Origin: Candidatus Kaelpia imicola
GTDB lineage: Bacteria; Omnitrophota; Gorgyraeia; Kaelpiales; Kaelpiaceae
Direction of reading: 5' to 3'
Assembly (NCBI GenBank): GCA_030765505.1
Contig: JAVCCL010000032.1
Location: 34,807-98,806 of the forward strand
Length of the DNA stretch: 64,000 nt
Both the position numbers and the translations under genes were made by a program. Of the stretch, positions 19,516-29,946 are shown piece by piece (within the stretch, counting starts at the first letter, position 1; the number at the start of each line of letters is the position of its first letter). Under the pieces are notes generated by a model that did no database searches, was not told where the DNA came from, and saw only the letters and a program-made list of their open reading frames with translations.

Positions 19516-19872
19516 GTGGGCAAATTGATTTACGATGGGATTGAAAGAAGACAGTGGTCTCGGGTTGATATGAATGTACCTCTTAAATTCAGAGAGGTAG
19601 GTGAATTCAGCCGTTCTCCATTAGATTCAGAGACAAGAGATATAAGTGAAGGCGGTATAAGATTTGCAACTGATAAATTTCTTCCTAAAGATAGTAAGCT
19701 TGTTGTAAACATGGATCTCAATGATATCCCGGTTGTTAAAGCAACTGTTAAGGTTGTTTGGTCGGTAAGAGATTCTCATACCAATATGTATGAGATAGGT
19801 GTTGAGTTTGATACGATTCCTTCAGAGGCAAGAGTTCAGCTTTCCAATATTGTCAGAAAAAACCTGAATTAA
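19516..19872 (+). CDS. Stand-alone PilZ domain protein (c-di-GMP binding)
   Basis: ERRQWSR (RxxxR) and DISEGG (DxSxxG). Confidence 0.9.
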   Translation: MGKLIYDGIERRQWSRVDMNVPLKFREVGEFSRSPLDSETRDISEGGIRFATDKFLPKDSKLVVNMDLNDIPVVKATVKVVWSVRDSHTNMYEIGVEFDTIPSEARVQLSNIVRKNLN

Positions 19873-20894
19873 GATCTATTCTTCCTCTCCAACTCTCTTT
19901 TTCTCTCTAACTCTTTCTGTTTCTTCCTTCTATCTAAGTCGTATTTATCTATCTTCTTATTCAAAGCCTGACGGGATATGCCAAGTAGATTTGCAACCTT
20001 AGATTTATTCCATTTAAGTTCATATAGTATCTCAGTCAATAGCCTCTTCTCGTATATCTCAACTACGCCTTTAAGCGTCTTATCTTTTACTGCCTCTAGT
20101 TTAAGATTGACACCCCCTGACCTTATCTTCTCAGATAAGTCGCTGGGCAGTATATGAGATCCTTCCGATAGTATCACAGCTCTCTCTATCTCATGCTCTA
20201 ATTCCCGTATATTGCCTGGCCAGTCATACTCTAAGAAATATTTTATTGTATCCGGTACTATATTTTTGATGGATTTTTTATCATTTTTATCGGTATATAA
20301 CCTCAGAAAATATTCTGCTAAGACCGGAATATCGTCTTTTCTCTCTTTTAATGGCGGAATCGGAATGTCTATGACGCAGATCCTATAAAAGAGGTCTCTT
20401 CTAAAGGCGCCTCTCTCTACCTCTTTTTCGAGATTTTTATTTGTTGCAGCGATTATTCTTACATCTACATTTATATCATTTGTTGAGCCGACTCTCTTTA
20501 TGGCCCCTTCCTGCAAGACCCTTAAGAGCTTGGATTGCAGGCCTGGTGAAATCTCACTTACTTCATCTAAAAAGAATGTTCCTTTATCGGCTGCTTCAAA
20601 TAGGCCTTTCTTCTCTGCGATTGCTCCGGTAAATGAGCCTTTGATGTGGCCGAATAGTTCTGATTCAAGCAGTGTCTCAGTCAGGGCTGAGCAGTTGACA
20701 GCTATGAAAGGAGCGTTCCTTCTCTTAGAGTGATAATGAAGCGCTTTAGCGATGAGCTCTTTGCCTGTTCCTGTCTCACCCCTTACTAAGATTGTGCTAT
20801 TTGTATTTACAACCTTCTCCATAATCCTATAGCTCTCTTTCATCTGACTGTTTGTGCCTATTATCTCTGGAAATGGATTCTGATATTCTTCCAT
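19869..20894 (-). CDS. sigma54-dependent enhancer-binding activator lacking an N-terminal sensor domain
   Basis: GETGTGKE, ESELFGH, GSFTGA, FLDEV, WPGNIREL, C-terminal Fis-type HTH. Confidence 0.92.
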   Translation of the reverse strand: MEEYQNPFPEIIGTNSQMKESYRIMEKVVNTNSTILVRGETGTGKELIAKALHYHSKRRNAPFIAVNCSALTETLLESELFGHIKGSFTGAIAEKKGLFEAADKGTFFLDEVSEISPGLQSKLLRVLQEGAIKRVGSTNDINVDVRIIAATNKNLEKEVERGAFRRDLFYRICVIDIPIPPLKERKDDIPVLAEYFLRLYTDKNDKKSIKNIVPDTIKYFLEYDWPGNIRELEHEIERAVILSEGSHILPSDLSEKIRSGGVNLKLEAVKDKTLKGVVEIYEKRLLTEILYELKWNKSKVANLLGISRQALNKKIDKYDLDRRKKQKELERKRELERKNRS

Positions 20895-20896
20895 AT

Positions 20897-22243
20897 TTAA
20901 CCCCTCCTTAACTTTGTAGACAATATTTTAAGTTCCTCTCTGTATTTAGCTACTGTTCTTCTTGCAACATTGACCCCGTCTTCTTTTAATAGCTGTACGA
21001 TTTTATTATCACTAAGAGGTTTTTTGGAATCTTCTGCTACGACTACGTCCTTTATCTTCTCTTTAATAAGTTCACTTGAAATACCTTTCACATTGCTTGA
21101 GAAGAAATCTCTCAGTTCAAATATCCCAGAAGGTGTATCGATATATTTACCGTTTACGGTTCTTGAGATTGTAGATTCATCTAATCCGGTGTTATCTGAA
21201 ACTCTATTTAGAGTTAAGGGTTTAAGTCCGGCCTTGCCCTTCTTAAAGAAATCTTTCTGGTAATTTATGATAAAATCAGTAATTTTGATTATAGTGTTGC
21301 CTCTCTGTTCCATTGCCTGGATAAGCTCTTTTGTGGTTTTAAGTTTCTCTTTTAAATATTTTTTAGTCTCCTGCGGGGTTAGAGGGTCTTTTAATATTTT
21401 AAGGTACTGTTTATTTATCCTTATTTTGGGAATATCTCTCTTGTTAATTTTAAGATTATATTTGCCGTCCGGTGTTATATCCAGAAATAGTTCCGGTATT
21501 GCATAGCTGGGGAATATACTGCTGTAGTTTCTGCCTGGTTTTGGATCCAGGCTCTTCAATATCTGGAGAAACTCTTCCATTTTCTTATCGGTTATCTGGA
21601 GTTCTCTCTCTATTCTTTTGTAATTATGCGTAGCAAGTTCCTCTAAGAATCTTTCTATTATCTCTTGGAATATTTTTTCTTTTAACCCTTTTCTTGCAAG
21701 CTGTATGGTCAGACACTCTTTTATATCTCTGGCTCCGATTCCGGCAGGTTCAAAATCCTGAACTATTTTTAAAACTTTCTCGCATTTTCTATTTGAGACT
21801 TTTAATTTCTCAGCTATCTCAGGCAGGGTTATTTCAAGATATCCATTGGAGTTCAAATTGCCTATCATCTCTTCGCCTATTAAAAGCTCCTCAATGGTCA
21901 TCTTCTGTATATGGAGCTGTTTTAAGAGATGCTCCTGAAGTGTTTCAGGTTTTGTAACTAAACTTTCAAGGTACTCTCTTTTTTTAATGTCTTCCTGGCC
22001 AAACTTTTCAGACCTCTTCTCCCAGATATTATCTTCTTGGAATTCAAATTTCTCTTCATCCGGGATGTCGGGATCTTTCTCTTCTTCGATCTCAAGAAGC
22101 GGGTTCTCTTCGAACTCTTCTTCCAGTTTTTCTTTGAGTTCTGTGATTGGTACCTGGAGAAGGTTTAGGAGCTGCCAAAACTGAGGCAAGAGCTTAAGTT
22201 TTAGCGCCAGGTGCTGTTCAAGACGGGGAATCAATCTTTCCAT
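20897..22243 (-). CDS. rpoN: RNA polymerase sigma-54 factor
   Basis: Region I L/Q-rich, ENPLLE, PAGIGAR, ESTISR, RpoN box ARRTVAKYRE. Confidence 0.97.
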   Translation of the reverse strand: MERLIPRLEQHLALKLKLLPQFWQLLNLLQVPITELKEKLEEEFEENPLLEIEEEKDPDIPDEEKFEFQEDNIWEKRSEKFGQEDIKKREYLESLVTKPETLQEHLLKQLHIQKMTIEELLIGEEMIGNLNSNGYLEITLPEIAEKLKVSNRKCEKVLKIVQDFEPAGIGARDIKECLTIQLARKGLKEKIFQEIIERFLEELATHNYKRIERELQITDKKMEEFLQILKSLDPKPGRNYSSIFPSYAIPELFLDITPDGKYNLKINKRDIPKIRINKQYLKILKDPLTPQETKKYLKEKLKTTKELIQAMEQRGNTIIKITDFIINYQKDFFKKGKAGLKPLTLNRVSDNTGLDESTISRTVNGKYIDTPSGIFELRDFFSSNVKGISSELIKEKIKDVVVAEDSKKPLSDNKIVQLLKEDGVNVARRTVAKYREELKILSTKLRRG

Positions 22244-22255
22244 AATCTTTTGGGC

Positions 22256-22465
22256 TTAAAACATATCCTCTTTAGAATCTCCAGGCTCTTCTTTGAGGAA
22301 ATCTTCATTATTATCCTCTATTGCCACAAGTGTCAGAGGATTCTTCCTTATTATCTCTGATGAAGTATTGCATTGGGGACAGGAGATTGTCTCCCCGATC
22401 TCAGGTGTAAAATCAAGAAGTATCTCTTCACCGCAAGCAGGACATACTGCAGTGAGCTCTTCCAT
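22256..22465 (-). CDS. Small zinc-ribbon protein, LysW/ArgW-like fold
   Basis: CPAC and CPQC pairs, acidic tail; RBS AAAGGAG. Confidence 0.6.
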   Translation of the reverse strand: MEELTAVCPACGEEILLDFTPEIGETISCPQCNTSSEIIRKNPLTLVAIEDNNEDFLKEEPGDSKEDMF

Positions 22466-22651
22466 TCTTATTTCTCCTTTTATCTGGTTGTTTTGTTCTT
22501 TTAAATCTCACTTAGTTTAACATAAAAACAGAGGGCTTCAAATAAAAATTAGTAGAGGTTTATTTAAATCAAGGGGAAATAGTTGAAATCTTAGGGTTGC
22601 CGCTTCTGATTCTCTTTACAAAATTCTAAATTGGTCTATAATTAATGCACT

Positions 22652-23944
22652 ATGCATAACCTTAAGAGGTTAATTTTAAAAAAAGATGCGCTAATTTCAA
22701 TTATAGGACTCGGTTACGTAGGTTTGCCTTTAGCTGTTGAGTTTGCAAAGAAAGGATATAGGGTTTGCGGAATAGATATAGATAGAGAGAGAGTCAAGAG
22801 TGTGAATAGAGGTAAGTCTTATTTAGTGGATGTAGATGATAAGATTCTCCAAACTTTAGTTAAAGAGAGGAGTTTAAGAGCCGGGACAAGCTATAGCACT
22901 ATTGCTAAGTCCGATGCTGTTATTATATCTGTGCCTACCCCTTTAAGGAAGACCCAGGAGCCTGATATATCTTATGTTATAGCTGCTGTTAAGGAACTTA
23001 AAAGATATCTTAAGAAGAATACCATAGTTGTCTTAGAGAGCACAACTTACCCTGGAACAACGGAGGAGATAATATTACCTCTGCTCTCCGGCGGCGGTTT
23101 TAAGGTGGGGCGTGATTTCTACCTGGCTTTTTCACCCGAGAGGATAGACCCTGCAAATAAGAGATATAATACGAAGAATATTCCCAAGGTTGTAGGGGGC
23201 TGCACCAAGAGCTGTCTTAGTGTTAGTAAATTGTTGTATTCTCAAGTTGTAAAGGAGGTTGTAGCCGTATCTTCTCCCAGAGTTGCTGAGATGGTTAAAC
23301 TCCTGGAGAACTCTTTTAGGGCTGTAAATATAGCTCTGGCTAATGAAATGGCTTTAATATGCGATAGAATAGATATAGATGTCTGGGAGGTTATAAAGGC
23401 AGCAGAGAGCAAGCCTTTTGGTTTTATGCCTTTCTATCCCGGGCCTGGTATCGGAGGCCATTGCATACCGGCAGATCCGATGTACCTTGCCTGGAAATCA
23501 CGGCTCTCTGGGTATGAGCCGGACCTTATTCGCACAGCCCATAAGATAAATTCCAGCATGCCTCAGCATATCCTAAAGTTAGTAAGAGATGCGCTTAAGG
23601 AGAGAAAGACAGCTTTAAACTTTATTAAGGTTCTAATTGTAGGTGTAAGTTATAAAGCAGATGTTAATGATACAAGGGAGTCGCCTGCTATAGAGATAAT
23701 GCGGTTACTCAATAAGAGCAAGGTTAAGATTGAATTTTATGATCCATTAGTAAAAGAGTTAAACTTAAAGGGCAAAAAGTATAAGTCTATTGATTTAAAT
23801 ACGAAAAAAGTAGTAGAGCAAGACGTAGTAATTATTGCTGCGGCCCACAGCGTGATAGATTACAATATTTTCAAGAAGGCAGCTCTTCTTATAGATACAA
23901 GGGGAGTGATAAAGTGGAAAGGTAAAAACCTGATTAGGATATAA
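22652..23944 (+). CDS. Nucleotide-sugar dehydrogenase (UDP-GlcNAc 6-dehydrogenase, WbpA-like)
   Basis: GLGYVGLP, VPTP, ESTTYPGTTE, SPERIDP, GGHCIP, RESP. Confidence 0.92.
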   Translation: MHNLKRLILKKDALISIIGLGYVGLPLAVEFAKKGYRVCGIDIDRERVKSVNRGKSYLVDVDDKILQTLVKERSLRAGTSYSTIAKSDAVIISVPTPLRKTQEPDISYVIAAVKELKRYLKKNTIVVLESTTYPGTTEEIILPLLSGGGFKVGRDFYLAFSPERIDPANKRYNTKNIPKVVGGCTKSCLSVSKLLYSQVVKEVVAVSSPRVAEMVKLLENSFRAVNIALANEMALICDRIDIDVWEVIKAAESKPFGFMPFYPGPGIGGHCIPADPMYLAWKSRLSGYEPDLIRTAHKINSSMPQHILKLVRDALKERKTALNFIKVLIVGVSYKADVNDTRESPAIEIMRLLNKSKVKIEFYDPLVKELNLKGKKYKSIDLNTKKVVEQDVVIIAAAHSVIDYNIFKKAALLIDTRGVIKWKGKNLIRI

Positions 23945-23945
23945 A

Positions 23946-24890
23946 ATGGCAAACTGGATGGTTACAGGCGGTGCTGGATTTATAGGTTCTAATATCGTAG
24001 AGGAGCTTTTAAAGAGGGGGGAGAGTGTTAAGATATTTGATAATTTCTCTACTGGCAGAAGAGAGAATCTCGTTTTCTCCGGCGAGAATCTTTCTGGTTT
24101 TGGAGTTATAGAGGGGGATATTAGAGATATGGATTTACTTAAGGAATCTTTTAAGGATATAGATTATGTATTACATCAGGCAGCTCTGCGCTCAGTACCT
24201 AAATCTTTTCATAATCCGGGAGATTATGACGAAGTCAATGTTAAAGGTACGATGAATGTTTTAATTGCAGCTAAAGAAGCTGATATTAAGCGCGTTGTCT
24301 ATGCGTCTTCAAGTTCTGTCTATGGGGAGAGAGAAGATCTGCCTGAAGAAGAGAGTGACTTGCCTAATCCGCTCTCTATCTATGCCGCTGCAAAGCTTAA
24401 CGGAGAGTATTACTGTAATGTCTTCTCAAAGCTTTATGGAGTCCAGACTATAGTTTTAAGGTATTTTAACGTTTTTGGACCTAAACAGTCGCTGGAAAAT
24501 AAATATGCGGTTGTAGTCCCTAAGTTTATCAACTCTTTTATCAAAAAAGAACCACCTCCTATATACGGCGATGGGCTTCAAAGCAGAGATTTCACTTATA
24601 TAACAAATGTTGTTAATGCAAATATTCTTGCAGCAACTGAGAAAGATGCTAGCGGTATATTTAACATTGCCGGAGGTAGAGCCAATACAGTCTTGGAGTT
24701 ATTTAAGATCATAAAAGATTATTTTAAAATCGAATTAGAACCTAAGTTTGAATCTCCGCGAGTTGGAGATGTCAAACATACCCTTGCAGATATAACAAGG
24801 GCAAGGAGCATTCTGGGGTATAGAGCAGAGGTTGATTTCAAAGAGGGTGTCAGGAGAACCATAGAATGGTTTAAGGAGAATACTATATGA
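23946..24890 (+). CDS. NAD-dependent nucleotide-sugar epimerase/dehydratase (WbpP-like)
   Basis: [37 protein letters not shown]. Confidence 0.92.
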   Translation: MANWMVTGGAGFIGSNIVEELLKRGESVKIFDNFSTGRRENLVFSGENLSGFGVIEGDIRDMDLLKESFKDIDYVLHQAALRSVPKSFHNPGDYDEVNVKGTMNVLIAAKEADIKRVVYASSSSVYGEREDLPEEESDLPNPLSIYAAAKLNGEYYCNVFSKLYGVQTIVLRYFNVFGPKQSLENKYAVVVPKFINSFIKKEPPPIYGDGLQSRDFTYITNVVNANILAATEKDASGIFNIAGGRANTVLELFKIIKDYFKIELEPKFESPRVGDVKHTLADITRARSILGYRAEVDFKEGVRRTIEWFKENTI

Positions 24891-25828
24891 AAAGGGCTGT
24901 TGTTACCGGAGGTTGCGGTTTTTTAGGGTCTTATCTGTGTCAAAGGTTGATTGAAGATGGGTTTGAAGTTGTGGCTATAGATAATCTTATTACCGGAGAT
25001 TTGAAAAACATAGAGCAGATAAACTCTGATTCTATTTTTGAACATATAAACTACGATGTCTCTAAGTATATAGATATTCCAGGTGAAGTTGATTGGGTAT
25101 TCCATTTTGCTTCTCCCGCATCTCCGACAGATTATTTGAATTACCCTATTCAGACTCTCAAGGCCGGTGCGTTGGGTACCCACAATACTTTAGGTCTGGC
25201 TAAAGCCAAGGGTGCAAAATATATGCTTGCTTCAACTTCAGAGGTTTATGGCGACCCGCTCCTAAATCCCCAGCCTGAAGATTACTGGGGTAATGTGAAT
25301 CCGATTGGGCCTAGAGGGGTATATGATGAGGCCAAAAGGTTTGCCGAGTCTATGGTTATGGCCTATAGAAGAGTGCATAATATAGATACTAGGATTATCA
25401 GAATATTTAATACTTATGGCCCTAAGATGAGATATGATGACGGTAGAGTAGTACCTAATTTTATAACTCAGGCATTAAGAGGAGAAGACCTGAGTATCTT
25501 TGGCGATGGGACTCAGACCCGGTCGTTCTGTTATGTGGATGATCTGATAAAAGGTATTTTGGCTCTTATGAGAGTCAAGGAACATGAACCTGTTAATCTG
25601 GGAAATTCTCGGGAGTTAAAGGTAGTAGAATTAGCCGGTATTATATTGGATATTACAAAGAGTAAAAGTAAGAAGAGGTTTCTATCTCTTCCTCAAGATG
25701 ATCCTAAATTAAGAAGGCCTGATATAACTAAAGCAAAAAGGCTGCTTGATTGGAAAGCAGAGATATCTTTAGAGCAAGGGCTTGCTAAAACCATAGAGTA
25801 CTTTAAAGAAAGATTGTCACTTGATTAA
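24887..25828 (+). CDS. UDP-glucuronic acid decarboxylase family SDR
   Basis: [41 protein letters not shown]. Confidence 0.92.
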   Translation: MKRAVVTGGCGFLGSYLCQRLIEDGFEVVAIDNLITGDLKNIEQINSDSIFEHINYDVSKYIDIPGEVDWVFHFASPASPTDYLNYPIQTLKAGALGTHNTLGLAKAKGAKYMLASTSEVYGDPLLNPQPEDYWGNVNPIGPRGVYDEAKRFAESMVMAYRRVHNIDTRIIRIFNTYGPKMRYDDGRVVPNFITQALRGEDLSIFGDGTQTRSFCYVDDLIKGILALMRVKEHEPVNLGNSRELKVVELAGIILDITKSKSKKRFLSLPQDDPKLRRPDITKAKRLLDWKAEISLEQGLAKTIEYFKERLSLD

Positions 25829-27086
25829 CAAAATTAAAGTGGTATTCAAAAAACAACAGCTTTATTCCCAGGCGACAATTCTATTCTTAGCTGCCTCTGT
25901 AGGTAACTTCTTTAGTCTGTTGTATCACCTTTTTATGGTTCGGGCGCTTAGCCCTCAAGATTACGGTGTTATGAGCACTCTTTTTGCCTGTATCATGTTT
26001 TTTGCTATGCCTACAGGAAATCTTCAAATTACGCTTACTCGTTTTGTAGCACGCTATCATGGTATGGGCTCTAAATCGGCAATAGTAAGATTACTTAAGG
26101 GTATCTCAGGAAGAATATTTATTTTAGGTGCCATTATTGCAGCAGTAATATTTGTGGGTGCAAGATCTATAGCCGGCTATCTGCATATAGATAATCTTAT
26201 GCCTGTCTACAGTATGGCAGGTGTGGTTATGGCTAGCCTATTGCTGCCGGTTACTATGGCAGGTTTACAAGGTCTGCAGCATTTTCTCTCTTTAGGTTTG
26301 AGTATGATCTGCATGAATGTAGGGAAACTTATATTGGCTGTTGCTTTTGTTTTGTTAGGTTTCGGCGTAACAGGGGCTTTAAACTCTTTGACTGCAGGAG
26401 TTCTGATTGGTGCTGTTATTGCTTTTGCGATTCTAAAGAGTTCTATCAGAAAGATAGATTTTGAAAAAGATACCAATGTAGATGTGAGTTTCAAAGAGAT
26501 ATACCTCTATATTTTACCTGTCAGTCTTGCAATGTTATCTTTTGTGATGTTGACTCATTTAGACCTTATTCTCGTTAAACATTTCTTTACCCCTCTTGAA
26601 GCGGGATATTACTCTATAGCTCAGATGATAGGTAAGATGGTGCTCTTTCTTCCGGCTGCGATATGCATGGTGATGCTGCCAAAGGTTGCTAACTCTCATG
26701 CTAAAGAAGAAGAGACGATACACCATCTTAAGCACTCTACTCTTTATATAGTAGTACTTGTTATCTTTGCAGCCTCTGTGATTATAATATTCCCGGAACT
26801 TATGGTAAAATTGTTTACAGGTAAGGTCTATCCTCAATGCTACAACCTGGTGAGGCTATTCGCTGTAAGTATGGGGTTTTTTGCCATATGTTTTAATTTT
26901 CTGCTCTATTATCTGTCTTTAAACAGGATAAAGTTTATGATTCCCTTCCTCATTGTGCTGGTCTTAGAGGCAGGTTTAATATATTTCTGGCATAATAGCC
27001 TTAGTCAGATATTGGGTATTGTCATAGCTGCTGCTTTTGTACTCTTTTTAGCAAACGTAGTAATAATTAAGAAAAATTTCACTTAA
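25821..27086 (+). CDS. Oligosaccharide flippase (Wzx-like)
   Basis: About 12 hydrophobic helices, D..LVKHF..EAG.Y motif, next to sugar genes. Confidence 0.8.
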   Translation: MINKIKVVFKKQQLYSQATILFLAASVGNFFSLLYHLFMVRALSPQDYGVMSTLFACIMFFAMPTGNLQITLTRFVARYHGMGSKSAIVRLLKGISGRIFILGAIIAAVIFVGARSIAGYLHIDNLMPVYSMAGVVMASLLLPVTMAGLQGLQHFLSLGLSMICMNVGKLILAVAFVLLGFGVTGALNSLTAGVLIGAVIAFAILKSSIRKIDFEKDTNVDVSFKEIYLYILPVSLAMLSFVMLTHLDLILVKHFFTPLEAGYYSIAQMIGKMVLFLPAAICMVMLPKVANSHAKEEETIHHLKHSTLYIVVLVIFAASVIIIFPELMVKLFTGKVYPQCYNLVRLFAVSMGFFAICFNFLLYYLSLNRIKFMIPFLIVLVLEAGLIYFWHNSLSQILGIVIAAAFVLFLANVVIIKKNFT

Positions 27087-27154
27087 TTAAGTTGACTTGA
27101 AATAACTTTTCGAGTAAGTTATTAATACTTAAGCAGAAATAAGGAGGTGTTTAG

Positions 27155-27448
27155 ATGGTAAAGTACGTTGTGTTGATTTTAGGAGTTCTTTTTGTTGTAT
27201 TGGGTATTGTAGGAGCAGTTGCTTGGTGGCCGAATTTTCTTATAGTGTTAAAAGGCGGAGGTTGTCCTTTTCTGGCTTTCATTGGTGCTATTATGGCAAT
27301 AGCTGCAGTAGGTGAAATTAGAGATGCTATAGCTAGAAAGAAAGAGGAGAAGAAAGAGCCTCAAGAAGAACCAAAGCCAGAACCAGCTGTATCTCAAGAA
27401 GTGACAGAGCAGCAGGAAGCACCCCAAGAAGAGCCCAAGCAAGAATAG
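27155..27448 (+). CDS. Small membrane protein with two TM helices and an E/P/Q-rich tail
   Basis: Strong RBS TAAGGAGGTG; followed by a terminator. Confidence 0.75.
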   Translation: MVKYVVLILGVLFVVLGIVGAVAWWPNFLIVLKGGGCPFLAFIGAIMAIAAVGEIRDAIARKKEEKKEPQEEPKPEPAVSQEVTEQQEAPQEEPKQE

Positions 27449-27470
27449 ATTAGTTAAGTTATGTTTTAGC

Positions 27471-27497
27471 AGGGGGGTAATTTAGGCCCCCCTTTTT
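27471..27497 (+). terminator. Intrinsic terminator
   Basis: AGGGGGG...CCCCCCT stem followed by a T run. Confidence 0.6.
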
Positions 27498-27510
27498 CTA
27501 TTTTTATATT

Positions 27511-28917
27511 ATGAGAGTAGTAATTGAACATATAAATGGTCTTTATCAATTTTTAGATGATGAAGAGATTTATCTGGTGGGTGGATTTTTACGGGATCTA
27601 ATCTTAGGCAGAAAAAGAGATTCTCTTGATTTTGATTTTGCCTCCTCAGGCGATGTTGGGTCAATATCTAAAAAGTTTGCAGAGAGTATAGGCGGGAGCT
27701 GGGTCAGTCTGGATGATTTTAACCGTATCTATAGGGTGGTAATAAGAGAAGAGTCTATTATTCAATATGATTTCTCTGCCTTAAGGGGAGAGAGCATAGA
27801 AGAAGATCTAAAGAGCAGAGATTATACAATAAATGCTCTAGGGCTTAAGGTAGAAAAAAAAGGTTTAGATACTGAAAATTTAATAGACCCTTGCGGGGGC
27901 TTGAATGACCTGAGTAAAGAAATAGTTCGAGTTATCTCTGAAGATAATCTGCTCTCCGACCCTCTAAGGATTTTGAGAAGGGTGAGCATTGCTAGTTATC
28001 TCGACTTTACCATTGAACCCTCAAGCTATGAATTACTAAAGAAACATTCAGGTCTTATTAAGAGTATTGCCGGGGAACGAATAAGCTTTGAGCTTTTTAG
28101 ACTCTTTCAGGGCAGCTCTTCTTATAAGTATGTTCAGATATTGCATCAGCTGGGTATCTTAAGCATTATATTGCCAGGTTGGGCAGGGCTCTCTATCCCG
28201 GATCCCGGTCCTTATCATCATCTTCCGGTAGATTTTCACTCTATAGAGAGCTTAAAACAGCTTGAGTCTTTACTTGAAGATTTGGCTGATAATTTAAGAG
28301 TCCAAGACTACTTAAATGAAAAGATAAGAGAGAACCGAAGAAGAGTTGATATCTTAAAGCTTGCAGCCTTGTTACATGATATCGGTAAAGGCTCTGCCTA
28401 TTTTGTAGATAGTGATGGTAAGATAAAATTTACTGGTCATGATAAACTGGGCAGAGAGATGATTGATGATCTAGCTCTTGAGCTTAAGCTTTCCAAGAGA
28501 GAATCTACAATGATATCCGATATGGTCTATTATCATCTAAGGCCGGGTTGTCTTATTGAGTGTATCCATTCTAAAAAGGCGAAGTTCAGGTATTTTAGAG
28601 ATACTGATTCTGAGGCTGTCTCAATCATGCTTCTATCTGTAGCAGATAAGAGTGCTACCCGGGGAGAGTTATCCGATTTAAATGATATAGCTAATCATAG
28701 AGAAGTTTTACTGGATTTAATTGAAGAATATTTTAATAAGAGCGAGGAGATAATACCGCCTAAACTAATAAACGGAAATGATATAATAGAGATCTTAAAA
28801 ATAGAGCCATCTAGAAAGGTAGGCCAGATTTTAAAAGAGATTCAGGAGAGACAGGCATTGGGTGAAATTAAAACTCGTGAAGATGCAATGAAATACATAA
28901 GTCATATAAAGTCTTAA
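27511..28917 (+). CDS. CCA-adding enzyme/poly(A) polymerase family protein with HD domain
   Basis: YLVGGFLRD, DFDF, DL..RDYTINA, DPLRILR, ERI..EL, LLHDIGK. Confidence 0.9.
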   Translation: MRVVIEHINGLYQFLDDEEIYLVGGFLRDLILGRKRDSLDFDFASSGDVGSISKKFAESIGGSWVSLDDFNRIYRVVIREESIIQYDFSALRGESIEEDLKSRDYTINALGLKVEKKGLDTENLIDPCGGLNDLSKEIVRVISEDNLLSDPLRILRRVSIASYLDFTIEPSSYELLKKHSGLIKSIAGERISFELFRLFQGSSSYKYVQILHQLGILSIILPGWAGLSIPDPGPYHHLPVDFHSIESLKQLESLLEDLADNLRVQDYLNEKIRENRRRVDILKLAALLHDIGKGSAYFVDSDGKIKFTGHDKLGREMIDDLALELKLSKRESTMISDMVYYHLRPGCLIECIHSKKAKFRYFRDTDSEAVSIMLLSVADKSATRGELSDLNDIANHREVLLDLIEEYFNKSEEIIPPKLINGNDIIEILKIEPSRKVGQILKEIQERQALGEIKTREDAMKYISHIKS

Positions 28918-28919
28918 AT

Positions 28920-28948
28920 TTGACACATATTTAGAAATGCGGTATTTT
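28920..28948 (+). promoter_or_regulatory. sigma70-type promoter
   Basis: TTGACA-17nt-TATTTT. Confidence 0.5.
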
Positions 28949-28970
28949 TAAGGTAAGGGGGCAAAAATCT

Positions 28971-29782
28971 ATTATAAAGAAGCGCAGTCTATTTGTTATA
29001 TTTTTCTTACTTTTGTCTGTTGTCTCATCTGGCAAATTTCAGGATATTTCGCTGAATTGTTTCAGAAGAGTAAGAGTGGGCGGTAATATTAATTTTTATC
29101 AAACAGTCCAAGATATCTTGATGGATTTAGAAGAAAGGATTACACATGTGGACAAGGTAATTGTATTTGATGAACTTCGCTGTGGGCCTCATGGCAGTAT
29201 TTCCTGGAAGAGATTGCGAAATATGTTTACTGATGAAAATAGAGTGATATCTGTAACTGATGTACCTGTGGATGAGAATGGAATTATTAACTATAGTACG
29301 AACAGCATTTTGGGGTAACGCTTCTCGGTCAATTTCGAATACGTCTGGGTGAAAAATATGCTAATAAAAAGGCAACGGTATTGTTTTCTAAGGATAAAGA
29401 TAATAGTATGACAGCGTTGCGAGTTGAAATAGATGGTGAAGTTATTATTAATGAGGCGATGGTTTCATATCTTGTGAACAAAAATGGAGTCGAGCTTTGT
29501 GCTCCATCGTGTAACAATAATGTATTTGGGGTAGAACCTTTTCAGGATTACTTTTACTTTAGGTCTATAAGTCCGGAAGGTGATAATGCGGAGTATAATA
29601 CGTTGTATATTGTAAATCAGCGCCTTTCTCCTAAAGGGGGATTCATTCTTTTCAGCAAAACTCAAGAGACAATACTTTCAGATGAATTTGCCAAATCTCC
29701 TGTGTATTGTTTTTATGGTTTTTTACAAGAAGGTAAGGCGTTAAGCTACTCTCTAGAATTAGTTGAAGGCCCTGAGTTGTAA
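28971..29782 (+). pseudogene. Frameshifted exported hypothetical protein (joins ORFs 29013-29318 and 29381-29782)
   Basis: Frame extends up to ATT 28971 after AAGGGGG, giving a signal peptide IIKKRSLFVIFFLLLSVVSSG; the second frame is open from 29297 and overlaps the first. Confidence 0.5.
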
Positions 29783-29854
29783 TTTTACCAATCCTTATCC
29801 TGTTTTGTACCTGTACTTGCAATTTATTTATATTCCTTTTACAATTGATGGCAT

Positions 29855-29946
29855 GGAGAGGTGTGAGAGCGGCCGAATCAAAACGACTGGAAATCGTTTG
29901 ACCTAAGAAATTAGGTCCCTGGGTTCAAATCCCAGCCTCTCCGCCA
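29855..29946 (+). tRNA. tRNA-Ser(GGA)
   Basis: Acceptor GGAGAGG/CCTCTCC, G73, encoded CCA; anticodon arm AACGA-CTGGAAA-TCGTT; long variable arm GACCTAA-GAAA-TTAGGTC; T loop GTTCAAATC. Confidence 0.97.
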
